DNA of 37,573 nucleotides, from IMG/VR virus record IMGVR_UViG_3300031965_000087, positions 1 to 37,573 of that record. The stretch is one strand, 5' to 3'. The position numbers were made by a program, and so were the translations under genes. Of this stretch, positions 24,048-32,108 are shown piece after piece. This DNA is from a virus (Duplodnaviria > Caudoviricetes). Numbering within the stretch: position 1 is the first letter of the stretch; the number at the start of each line of letters is the position of its first letter. The notes under the pieces were generated by a model. The model did not search any database. It worked only from the letters and a program-made list of their open reading frames with translations, and had not been told where the DNA came from.

Positions 24048-25461
24048 GCGCCGACAGTTCCTCGTAGATCGCGTCGGTCTTAGTTGGGCGGGTGTTCAGT
24101 TGTTGGGAACACGTCGGGCAATGCTCATTGCGGCCAGAGAGTTCCGCGACAAGATCCGCGTTCATGCCCGAATCCATGATCCCCGAAGCCTCACCCACCG
24201 CGTAAGCGTCGAGACACGCAGGGTCGAGGGCGCCACGCTCGAACAAGACCCGCTTCACATCCGACGTCTCGTAATAGTCACGGCCTGGGTACCAGACGAA
24301 CTCGCCTGCCGGCATGAACACCGGGCCGTGCTGCCGGTTGACACGAACGTGGTAGAGCTTCGACTGCGGTTCGATCCATTGCGACGAGTCCGTGTACGAC
24401 GTGAACCCACCCGTGTACGGGGCTTCGAGTGAGTCGCCAAGGATCTCCTCGAGTCGCGCGGCTGTGTGATCCCAGGTGAACGTCTCCGCGACTGTCCGGG
24501 CGGACTGCTCTGCACGGACGCGGGCAGGTTCGTAGTTGGTGTACGTGTCGTACATCGCTTCGCAGAGGTCATCGAGGTTCGGTTCCCACCATTCGCCCGC
24601 GTCGCCGTAGATGAAATACTCGGCTTTGCTCATCGTGTACCCGAGTGGGATACCGAGATGCGCGAACGACGCGTGGCCGTGCGCGTCGGTCAAGACGGTC
24701 GGGAGGCCCTGCGCGATCGCTTGGAGAGGTTGGAGGCCGAACCCTTCACCTCGCGACGGTTGCAGGTACACATGACACGAGGCGTACAAGTCGACTTCCG
24801 CGACCGCGGAGATCCGACCGGAGATCATGTCGACCCACGGTGCGTAGAAGTCCTCTGCTCGTGGGTTCTTCATCACCAACCGTGGTTCGGGGCCTTTCCC
24901 GGTCCACACGATCTGGTCGTTCGGGTCGGGACGGAACTGGTCGCCGAACACCGTACGGAACGCCTTGAACGCGAGGTCGGTGCCTTTGCGGGCCCCGGAG
25001 CCGCCGATCAGGAACCGGAACGTCTCACGCACCTCCGGGCGCGGCTGGTAATGCCACACGTCGGGGTCGACACCCAACAGGCACAACTCGACGTTGTCGT
25101 GGAACTGGCCGAACAGCTCGACGTTGTGCTCGGACGGCACGATGATCTTCTCGAACTCGTGCAGGTTCTCGCGGTACGCCTCGGGGAGCCGAGAGCCTTC
25201 CCACATCGTGAACACGAACGGCCGTTGCCCATCCCACCAGCCGTTCGCGTGGGACGGACCCGACACCCAACACACTGCCGTCGTCGGCCGGTCCGGGCGG
25301 ACACCTGACGACGCGACCTGTCCGGTCATGTCGTTGGCGGGTTCCCCGACTTCGGTGTAGAGCTCGACGCCGCGTGCGGTGAGTGCCTTCGCGAGTCGGA
25401 CGCCGAGACGTCCGTACCCCATATTATCTGACGGTACGTGCATGAGTGTGAGGCGCTTCAC
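24034..25461 (-). CDS. GT4-family (GT-B) glycosyltransferase with C-terminal extension
   Basis: GYG, TMWE, IIVPS, GVD, RKG, PSRGEGFGLQPLQAIAQGLP, FTWDH. Confidence 0.92.
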   Translation of the reverse strand: MKRLTLMHVPSDNMGYGRLGVRLAKALTARGVELYTEVGEPANDMTGQVASSGVRPDRPTTAVCWVSGPSHANGWWDGQRPFVFTMWEGSRLPEAYRENLHEFEKIIVPSEHNVELFGQFHDNVELCLLGVDPDVWHYQPRPEVRETFRFLIGGSGARKGTDLAFKAFRTVFGDQFRPDPNDQIVWTGKGPEPRLVMKNPRAEDFYAPWVDMISGRISAVAEVDLYASCHVYLQPSRGEGFGLQPLQAIAQGLPTVLTDAHGHASFAHLGIPLGYTMSKAEYFIYGDAGEWWEPNLDDLCEAMYDTYTNYEPARVRAEQSARTVAETFTWDHTAARLEEILGDSLEAPYTGGFTSYTDSSQWIEPQSKLYHVRVNRQHGPVFMPAGEFVWYPGRDYYETSDVKRVLFERGALDPACLDAYAVGEASGIMDSGMNADLVAELSGRNEHCPTCSQQLNTRPTKTDAIYEELSAHVPA

Positions 25462-25904
25462 ACCACGACCTCCTTGCGTTTCCCGCGCACGACGTCACCG
25501 ACTTGTTCGGTCACACCCGGACGGCGTTCTTGGAGCTCCTGGTGCACTTCGAGGCACTCGGTACGACGTTCCTTCGGGATCTTCTTGCCCATCTCGACTT
25601 CGAGTTTCGTCTCGGCGCCTTGCTCGATGCGGGCGCAGCGTTCGATCGACTTGGGTTGCATCCCGTCGTGTCGGAGCCGCCGGTACGCGGGGCCGTCCTT
25701 GTCGAAACGGGCTTCGCGGTCCATGTCGTACTTCGCTTGCCCACCCTTGTTGGGGGTCGCCCACACGGAGATGTTCGGTGGCGTCAGCACCTTCACTGCG
25801 ACTGCGTTGCATTCAGGGCAGGTGAGTGGCGAGTCGTCCTTGATGGACCGCCACGTCTCGCGGTCGCCGTGGACGTCACACCGGGCCAAGTAGGTCGGCA
25901 TCAC
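25458..25904 (-). CDS. FmdB-like zinc-ribbon protein
   Basis: MPTY..RCDVH...CPEC. Confidence 0.75.
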   Translation of the reverse strand: MMPTYLARCDVHGDRETWRSIKDDSPLTCPECNAVAVKVLTPPNISVWATPNKGGQAKYDMDREARFDKDGPAYRRLRHDGMQPKSIERCARIEQGAETKLEVEMGKKIPKERRTECLEVHQELQERRPGVTEQVGDVVRGKRKEVVV

Positions 25905-26317
25905 TTCACCTTCGGGAGCATCTCGACCGGGACTGTCGTGCGGCGCACCATCTCGTTCTGGTCGAACCAGTTCGCCAACGTCGACTCGGGAGGCCGCGTC
26001 GAACCGCCGCCGACCATCGACCCGTAATACGGTTCCGGTTGGCTGATCGGGAGTGCATCACCGATCCGCAACGTCTCTTCCACACCCCGCACCGGCATCG
26101 GTGTCGGCGCTGTACGCGGTGGACGTGGGAACGACGGGCGTGCCGGTTCCGGTTCGGTCTCGACGAGGTGGAGTGGGACCGGGTCAGGCGCGGCTTCGAT
26201 CAGGCCCCCCTCGGGGATCGGGTCGTCCTCCACCGGTGGTGCGGCCATCTTCTCCGCGACGCGGGCGAGGACCCGGTCGGCGAGCTGATCGACCAGAGCG
26301 TCGAGGTCGTCGCTCAT
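25901..26317 (-). CDS. Pro-rich hypothetical protein
   Basis: ATG 26317, coupled. Confidence 0.65.
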   Translation of the reverse strand: MSDDLDALVDQLADRVLARVAEKMAAPPVEDDPIPEGGLIEAAPDPVPLHLVETEPEPARPSFPRPPRTAPTPMPVRGVEETLRIGDALPISQPEPYYGSMVGGGSTRPPESTLANWFDQNEMVRRTTVPVEMLPKVK

Positions 26318-26616
26318 GTGATCGTGTAGCCGGCTGCCTCGAGCAGCGTGGCTTCCTCGGCATCGACCTCGTAGGTGAACTGCCCACCGTGGAAGTACCG
26401 CCGGACCCGGTCCTCGGGCCAGGTGGTGATCTTCCCGTCGGAGTCGTAGACCGGTTCGGGGACCGTCTCGGTGCACGTCCCGTCGGTCAACAGGTACACG
26501 GACCGGATGCGGTCACCCCGCGACCAGTAGCCCATGAACCGTTTGACCCACGGCTTGTCGTCCGCGCACGCGTTCGGGATGACCGACACGTCACGCGGCA
26601 ACGTGAACGTGCTCAC
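26314..26616 (-). CDS. Small virion-region protein
   Basis: YFHGG..YEV..EEA..LEAAGY tail; coupled. Confidence 0.72.
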   Translation of the reverse strand: MSTFTLPRDVSVIPNACADDKPWVKRFMGYWSRGDRIRSVYLLTDGTCTETVPEPVYDSDGKITTWPEDRVRRYFHGGQFTYEVDAEEATLLEAAGYTIT

Positions 26617-26897
26617 GACTCCGACTCGTCGGTGGCGTACGCTCCTTCGTTGCCGCCCCCGCAGCCGCCTTGCAGGAACGCCGGTCCGGGGAGGCCGGGC
26701 GCACCAGTGGACGTCTTCGTCCACCCGCCTCGCATCTTCTCCTCCGCGAGCGACACGGGCCGGAAGTCCGCGACTGTCGCCGTCTCGGCTTGGGTCATGT
26801 CGACCGAGTCGCCCATCGGGGTCTGCTTCGGTTGTCCCATCTCACATGGCATACAGCCACGCGACGGGTCGTAGTCCGGGGAAGGAGTCGCCATCAC
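26613..26897 (-). CDS. Hypothetical protein
   Basis: Coupled at both ends. Confidence 0.65.
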   Translation of the reverse strand: MMATPSPDYDPSRGCMPCEMGQPKQTPMGDSVDMTQAETATVADFRPVSLAEEKMRGGWTKTSTGAPGLPGPAFLQGGCGGGNEGAYATDESES

Positions 26898-27181
26898 ACA
26901 CCTCGGAACGTCGTCGAAGCCACCGGCTTCGCAGCGGGCAGGATCTCAACCGTGTGGACACCTCGCGAGTCGGCGATGAACGTGTACGGGAACGTCCCGT
27001 CGTCGTCCGGCACGACTTTGAGGGACTGTGAGTGGCCTTGCCCGTCGGAGATGACGAGCGTGTACGACTCGGACACGTCCAACCCTGAGACGAGGATCTC
27101 GACGGGTTGCAGGTAGTCGGCCGAAGCCGGGGCAGCCGTGACGGCCACCCCGGACTTCGATGCCTTCTGCTTGGTGACCAT
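26894..27181 (-). CDS. Ig-like beta-sandwich protein, possible capsid decoration
   Basis: ATG overlaps the capsid TGA; DDDGTF, GVHTVEI beta pattern. Confidence 0.65.
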   Translation of the reverse strand: MVTKQKASKSGVAVTAAPASADYLQPVEILVSGLDVSESYTLVISDGQGHSQSLKVVPDDDGTFPYTFIADSRGVHTVEILPAAKPVASTTFRGV

Positions 27182-28146
27182 CAGCTGTTCGTGCCGATGG
27201 TGCTGGACGACTCGAGCCGACGGAGGCACGCCTCGCGGAACTGGTCGTAGCCCCCGAGCCAATACCAGGCGCGTCCTTCGAAGCGTCGCAGGTTGTCGAC
27301 GATCGGGGTGGGGAACACCTTCGGGAACGGCGAACCGCCATCCGAGATGGACCACACCTTCACGACCGCTTGGCGGCCCACGAAGATCGTGGCGTACACG
27401 TCGGTGAGGGTCGTCGAGGACCCGGCGTCGGCGAACACCGGCGCGCGGGGCGTCTCGATGAACCGGACACCGGCGTACTCGCCGATCTCGCCGGCCATGA
27501 TCTCGCTCGGCTGCGAGTAGCCGTGCGGGTCGAGCCACGACGCCATGCCCGTCGCACCACGGAAGTCGTACGAGACGTCCGGGTGGATGAACGCGACGTA
27601 GCGGCCACCGATCGTCGGGGCGGACGCGCCACGGAGCTCGGCGACGGCACGACGCACATAGTTGCCGGGCGTGTTGCCCGTCACCCAGGTGTCGTCGGGA
27701 CCGACTTCGTTGCGTGCCGTGGCGTCGCCCGCGTAGCGGATGTTGGAACCCGCGACGAACGCGTTGCGGGCGATGGTGTCCTGGGACACGCCGGCGTTGT
27801 AGCCGATCACGTTCTCGACCACGGGGTCGAGCGCGACGTACGACGTGGACCGGAGCTTCTTCGTGGTCTTCGCGACGTTGCCGTACTCGATGAGGGAGCA
27901 CGTCACGTCGGAGTTGCCGAGCACGACAGCGTCGACGTCGGTCGACTCGGAGATCGCTGCGGACGCGACCGCGAGGTCGGTCTGCACCGGGATCGAGACG
28001 GACGAGCCGGGCTTGTCGAGATGGGTGGCGTACACGTCCGCGACGGCGTCGAAGTAGTTCTCGGGCCGGAGCGCGAACCAGACGTACCGCTCGTAGGCGG
28101 TCTGGTCGTATGAGACGTCGGCGAGTGTGGTGGTGTCGTCGGCCAT
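27181..28146 (-). CDS. Major capsid protein, N4-gp56-like
   Basis: EYGN, GYNAGVSQD, AFIHPDVSYD, GEIG.YAGVRFIET, D.LRRF...WY; AAGGAG RBS. Confidence 0.93.
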   Translation of the reverse strand: MADDTTTLADVSYDQTAYERYVWFALRPENYFDAVADVYATHLDKPGSSVSIPVQTDLAVASAAISESTDVDAVVLGNSDVTCSLIEYGNVAKTTKKLRSTSYVALDPVVENVIGYNAGVSQDTIARNAFVAGSNIRYAGDATARNEVGPDDTWVTGNTPGNYVRRAVAELRGASAPTIGGRYVAFIHPDVSYDFRGATGMASWLDPHGYSQPSEIMAGEIGEYAGVRFIETPRAPVFADAGSSTTLTDVYATIFVGRQAVVKVWSISDGGSPFPKVFPTPIVDNLRRFEGRAWYWLGGYDQFREACLRRLESSSTIGTNS

Positions 28147-28173
28147 GTGGCCTGGCTCCTTCGGGAGTGACGA

Positions 28174-28635
28174 CTAGACGATGTTGTCGATCTCTTTGCC
28201 GTGTGCTCGCATCACTGCGAGTACCTCGTTCTGGGACTGGGTGCGTCCCAGTGATGCGAGGTAGTCGGCGTCCGAGTTCCCAGGGTCGCCACCGATGCCT
28301 TGTGCCCCGACGTTGTTGGCAGCGTCGTGGGCTTGCACTTCGGGGGAGGCTTGGGGCGGGGCGAGGATCCCGGCGGCTTCCGCTTCGGTGCGGATCGCCG
28401 TGGGATCGAGCGTCCCGTCGTAGCCCTTCACGAAGTAGCGGGCTTTCGGGTCGTCCGGGTCGACACCGGCCTTGAGGAACGCGAGTTCTCGGCGGGCCGC
28501 GTCGCCTTCCTCGGCTTGCTTGCGGGCTTCGCGGAGGTCACGTTCGGCCTTGCGGAGCTGCTTGCGTACCGGGTTCGGTGTGCGGTCTTCCTCGGTCTCG
28601 TCGTCGTCGAGGTCGTCGTCGTAGTCGTCGGGCAT
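28174..28635 (-). CDS. Capsid scaffolding protein
   Basis: Acidic N-terminus, coiled coil, RELAFLKAGVD...YFVKGYDG; immediately before the capsid gene. Confidence 0.85.
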   Translation of the reverse strand: MPDDYDDDLDDDETEEDRTPNPVRKQLRKAERDLREARKQAEEGDAARRELAFLKAGVDPDDPKARYFVKGYDGTLDPTAIRTEAEAAGILAPPQASPEVQAHDAANNVGAQGIGGDPGNSDADYLASLGRTQSQNEVLAVMRAHGKEIDNIV

Positions 28636-28850
28636 GTGGGTTGTCTCCCCGTGAGTCCGTGCTTCGCGTCCTTCCGGGGGGAAAGGCGCGGCGGCCCTGG
28701 CGACAAGAACTGGTCACTCCCCGAGGTGCGTGCCCAGGTACCACGCGGTGGGGAGGCTGCGAGCGTCCGTGTTCACAAGCGGGCCGCTCGGGCCTCCCGC
28801 TTGGCGGGACTCAGAGGGCCAGCCGCGTCGGGTTGGCGCGCCTCTCGTCA
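28636..28850 (-). promoter_or_regulatory. Structured 5' leader of the scaffold-capsid operon
   Basis: About 215 nt non-coding with several stems (28813-28845, 28795-28809, 28717-28755, about 28665-28689). Confidence 0.55.
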
Positions 28851-28856
28851 CCCATG

Positions 28857-28886
28857 AACCTAGAACGATTCCCAGGTTCGTGTCAA
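28857..28886 (-). promoter_or_regulatory. Late promoter for the capsid operon
   Basis: TTGACA-18 nt-TAGGTT, overlapped by inverted repeat CATGAACCT/AGGTTCGTG. Confidence 0.6.
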
Positions 28887-28945
28887 GCATCCCAGGTCAC
28901 TGTGAGTGGTAGCCACCGTCACGCTGCGTGCATAGAGTGGATGGC

Positions 28946-29068
28946 ATGGCCGAATGGGTCACCCTCGGGATCGTCCTCGTGATCGTCGGACGGTCCTGCT
29001 ACGCGTGGGGATGGCAAGCTCGGGATCGTCGAGGACGACGAACGCCGCCGGGAGGTTGGGGCGACTAG
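28946..29068 (+). CDS. Antisense single-TM micro-protein, 40 aa (not in the ORF track)
   Basis: TAGAGT-7nt-ATG; MAEWVTLGIVLVIVGRSCYAWGWQARDRRGRRTPPGGWGD. Confidence 0.5.
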   Translation: MAEWVTLGIVLVIVGRSCYAWGWQARDRRGRRTPPGGWGD

Positions 29069-29856
29069 CGGGCCCCCGCCATCCCTGACTGGCCGACGGA
29101 GAACCCGCCGCCGGCATCGTATGCGGCCTTGCGGCGAGACTGACGTTGCTCGATCTGGGCTCGAGCGTTCGCGTCACCGGCGAACGCCGCCGCGAATTGA
29201 GAATCAGTCCCGATCTCCGTCTCGCCGCTCTGCGTAGCGAACAAGTCACGCTGCGTAGCAAGTTGGGTGAAGCCTTGCGCCGCCTGCTCCGGCGACTGCA
29301 CCAGGCCACCCACCGTCTCAGCCTGACCCACCGACAGAGGCCCGAACCCGGTCTGTGCTGCGACCTTCGCGGACTGCGCCGCCCGGAACCGGCGCTCCAC
29401 CACCGGAGCCGCGACCGTCGGATCGAGAATCATCGCCGTGAAATCCCCCGGATCCAAACCGTAGAGCGCCCCGCCCGTCACGTCGTAGGACTTGTACGCC
29501 GCGTCTTCGGCTTGGATCACCCGCTGTTGGAGCTCCGTCACCGACACGTCGTTCGTGATGAACCGGGCGAAGTCCTCCGGCTGATCGTAGAACCCCGCCG
29601 GGAGCCCCGCCGCTTTCATCAACCCGCGGGCCTGGTTCTCGTACGCGATCCACTGCGCCACGCTCACGGCCTTCCCCGCCTGCTTCATCTGCTGGTAGCC
29701 GGGGAACCGAGCCTGGAACGCGGGACGGCTCTCGAGGTCGATCTGGACTGCTTCGGGACTGCGGCCCTCGATGACTTGCTCGATGGCCCAATCCGTCTCC
29801 GAATCGAGTCCGAGGTCGAGGAGGTACTGCCGGATCAGGTCACGCGCATCGGCCAT
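29065..29856 (-). CDS. Internal virion protein
   Basis: 263 aa; RFPG, GLPAGFYD, DVSVTELQQR; position in the internal virion block. Confidence 0.7.
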   Translation of the reverse strand: MADARDLIRQYLLDLGLDSETDWAIEQVIEGRSPEAVQIDLESRPAFQARFPGYQQMKQAGKAVSVAQWIAYENQARGLMKAAGLPAGFYDQPEDFARFITNDVSVTELQQRVIQAEDAAYKSYDVTGGALYGLDPGDFTAMILDPTVAAPVVERRFRAAQSAKVAAQTGFGPLSVGQAETVGGLVQSPEQAAQGFTQLATQRDLFATQSGETEIGTDSQFAAAFAGDANARAQIEQRQSRRKAAYDAGGGFSVGQSGMAGAR

Positions 29857-29862
29857 AACCGA

Positions 29863-30048
29863 TCACCTCTTCCTGAGATCAGCGAGCGTCATGCGGGGAC
29901 GTGGCGGTACTGGCACGCCATCGCAGACGTAGCACGTCAAGACGCGCCACTTTCCAGCGTCTATCGTGTCCTGCGGGCTGAAAGAATACATGGAGCGGTT
30001 GCCGCAACTATGTCTGCGGGTCGGCAAATACTCGTAGTTCCACGCCAT
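29863..30048 (-). CDS. Small Zn-finger protein inserted among virion genes
   Basis: HSCG...CYVC; lower GC than neighbours. Confidence 0.55.
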   Translation of the reverse strand: MAWNYEYLPTRRHSCGNRSMYSFSPQDTIDAGKWRVLTCYVCDGVPVPPRPRMTLADLRKR

Positions 30049-30051
30049 GAC

Positions 30052-31032
30052 CTACGCCTTCCCGAACTGGCTTGCGAGTTGCTGCACGAACCTCGCGGCT
30101 TCGGCTTCACCCTTGGCGTTGTCGACCCAGTACCGGTCGTCTTGACGGGCGTACTTGACCGCGTCGCTCATGTTCATCACCCTGGTCGTGTTCCCGTCGT
30201 CGTACGCGAGCGTCGGCGCGAGATCCTGTGCGGTGAGACTCGCGCCCGACACGCCCCACTCTTGGGAGAGCGTCTGAATGATCGGATCCGCGATCATCCT
30301 CACGGTCGAACCCGCGTCGATCCGTTCAGCCATCCACCCGTACTGCGCCTTCGCGATCTGCTTCGCGTACTCGTCGAACGCCTCCACGCCCGACTGGCCG
30401 GTCTCGATCTGCTTGGCCCAATCGAACGCCGCCTGATCCGACACCGGAATCAGATACTGGTCAGCCTTGCTCTTCACCTCGGACATGCGGGTCCCGAGCC
30501 GCCCGACGGGTTGCATCGGCGACGACACGAACGACACTTCCGCGAGGACCGCCGTCGGCACCTGATCCTGCGGGGCGCCGTTACGGATGAGCTGCGTCGC
30601 GAGCTCCCGTACCCGTGCTTCGGTCAGTTGCCCCGTCGCGCCTTCTTGGGCTAGCAGCGTGTTGATCTGGACGGCCATCTGATCGACGCTCTTCGCCGCG
30701 GTCGCCGGATCCGACTTCTCCAACAGGTCGTACTGGCGTTGCGCGTCGGTTGTCGTCTTCCAGAACGTCGTCTGACCGATCGTGGCTTGGAGCCGCTCCG
30801 GGGACCAGCCTTCCTTCGCTGACCGCAGCAAGATCGGGCCGATCTCGGGATGGTCGAGGTAGGCGCCCATCGCGCCGTACTGGGTCCGCACCCAGTCGCG
30901 AACGACGTTGTCTTCTTCCCACGGTGTCCCGACATACCGGAGCCACGCGATGCGTTGATCGAGCGTCATCCCATTCCATGTGCGAATGAAGTCGGGGTTG
31001 GCGGCACCGGAGCCGGGAGGGACGTACGTCAT
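30052..31032 (-). CDS. Internal virion protein
   Basis: 326 aa helical protein ending QFGKA; position. Confidence 0.7.
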   Translation of the reverse strand: MTYVPPGSGAANPDFIRTWNGMTLDQRIAWLRYVGTPWEEDNVVRDWVRTQYGAMGAYLDHPEIGPILLRSAKEGWSPERLQATIGQTTFWKTTTDAQRQYDLLEKSDPATAAKSVDQMAVQINTLLAQEGATGQLTEARVRELATQLIRNGAPQDQVPTAVLAEVSFVSSPMQPVGRLGTRMSEVKSKADQYLIPVSDQAAFDWAKQIETGQSGVEAFDEYAKQIAKAQYGWMAERIDAGSTVRMIADPIIQTLSQEWGVSGASLTAQDLAPTLAYDDGNTTRVMNMSDAVKYARQDDRYWVDNAKGEAEAARFVQQLASQFGKA

Positions 31033-32108
31033 CGGAACGCTCCTGTCGCGGGACCAGACAACCCTGTCCCGAAGCCGCCGATCTTGCCGACCGAACCGCC
31101 CGCGCCGAGCATGTCCGCGAACGTCGCGAACGTCGACATCGCATCATGGACTTGGGAGGAACCGGGGGCGAGCTCTCGGATCTTCTTGCGGATCTGGGCT
31201 TGGATGTCGTACCCGACGAGCGCGTTCGGGTCCGCGTCGTGGGCTTGTGCTTCCGCGACGATCGCCGCGGTGATCTGTTCGCGCATCGGCGCACCGATGT
31301 TGGAACCGACGATCTCAGCACCGAGCACGTCGACGGCTTGGCGGATCTCCTCGGGGTCAGCCCCGATCGCACCACCGCCACCACCGCCACCGCCTCCCCC
31401 TCCGCCGCCGCCTCCCCCTCCGCCACCGTCGTCTTCGGCGCCTGACTGGATCATGATGTCAAGGAGGTCCCGGTACGAGACACCCTGAATGTTCGCCGAC
31501 TTGAGCAGCTTCCCGAACGCGGTCTCCGTCGCGCTGTCCCACGAACCCGCCTGGTATTTCGTCTTCGGGCCGATCAACCCTGCGGCCTTGAGTCCCGCTT
31601 GGAGGTCTTCGAGCTCGGCCGTGCCGTTGAGCTGCCCGAGGATGAACCCCGTGTCACCCTCGACGTAACGGGGTTGGACGCCTTGCCCACCCTGATACGA
31701 CACCTCACCGGAACGGCCACCCTGGTTGAACGACTTGCGACCCGAGATGCCTTGACGAGCGAGCGACGCGTTGACCGCCGCGATCGACTCGGGAGTGACG
31801 ACCCCGAAACCGAAGTTCAGTGGCGTCTCCGTGTCGTCCGGCATCGCGAAGTACGAACCGGGTGCCACGGACTCGAAACCCTTGGGGACGCCGAGACCCT
31901 TCCCGGTCTTCTTCCCACCCGTCGAGGAACCGTCGGGGAGGTCGGCGAGCGCGTCGTCGACCCCGCTACCACGCCGGTTCGGGTTGGGTCTCGGTGCACG
32001 CTTCGAGGGCTTGATCTGGACTGTGATCCACTTGTTCTTTGCGGTCGACCAGACCCACTTCTTCCCGGCCTTCGGGGCCCTCTTCGGCTTCGGGGGACGT
32101 TTCGCCAT
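31029..32108 (-). CDS. Internal virion protein with basic N-terminus, possible peptidoglycan-binding motif and poly-Gly linker
   Basis: K/P/R-rich start; LQAGLKAAG...GSWDSATETA; 19 Gly. Confidence 0.7.
   Translation of the reverse strand: MAKRPPKPKRAPKAGKKWVWSTAKNKWITVQIKPSKRAPRPNPNRRGSGVDDALADLPDGSSTGGKKTGKGLGVPKGFESVAPGSYFAMPDDTETPLNFGFGVVTPESIAAVNASLARQGISGRKSFNQGGRSGEVSYQGGQGVQPRYVEGDTGFILGQLNGTAELEDLQAGLKAAGLIGPKTKYQAGSWDSATETAFGKLLKSANIQGVSYRDLLDIMIQSGAEDDGGGGGGGGGGGGGGGGGGGAIGADPEEIRQAVDVLGAEIVGSNIGAPMREQITAAIVAEAQAHDADPNALVGYDIQAQIRKKIRELAPGSSQVHDAMSTFATFADMLGAGGSVGKIGGFGTGLSGPATGAFR
31371..31427 (-). repeat. Poly-glycine tract, 19 codons
   Basis: GGN run with an internal direct repeat. 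Confidence 0.9.

Noticed and set aside
26894-27901. Programmed frameshift extending the capsid into the Ig-like ORF
   Set aside because: No canonical slippery heptamer seen; the downstream ORF has its own coupled ATG; long alternative frames are common at this GC
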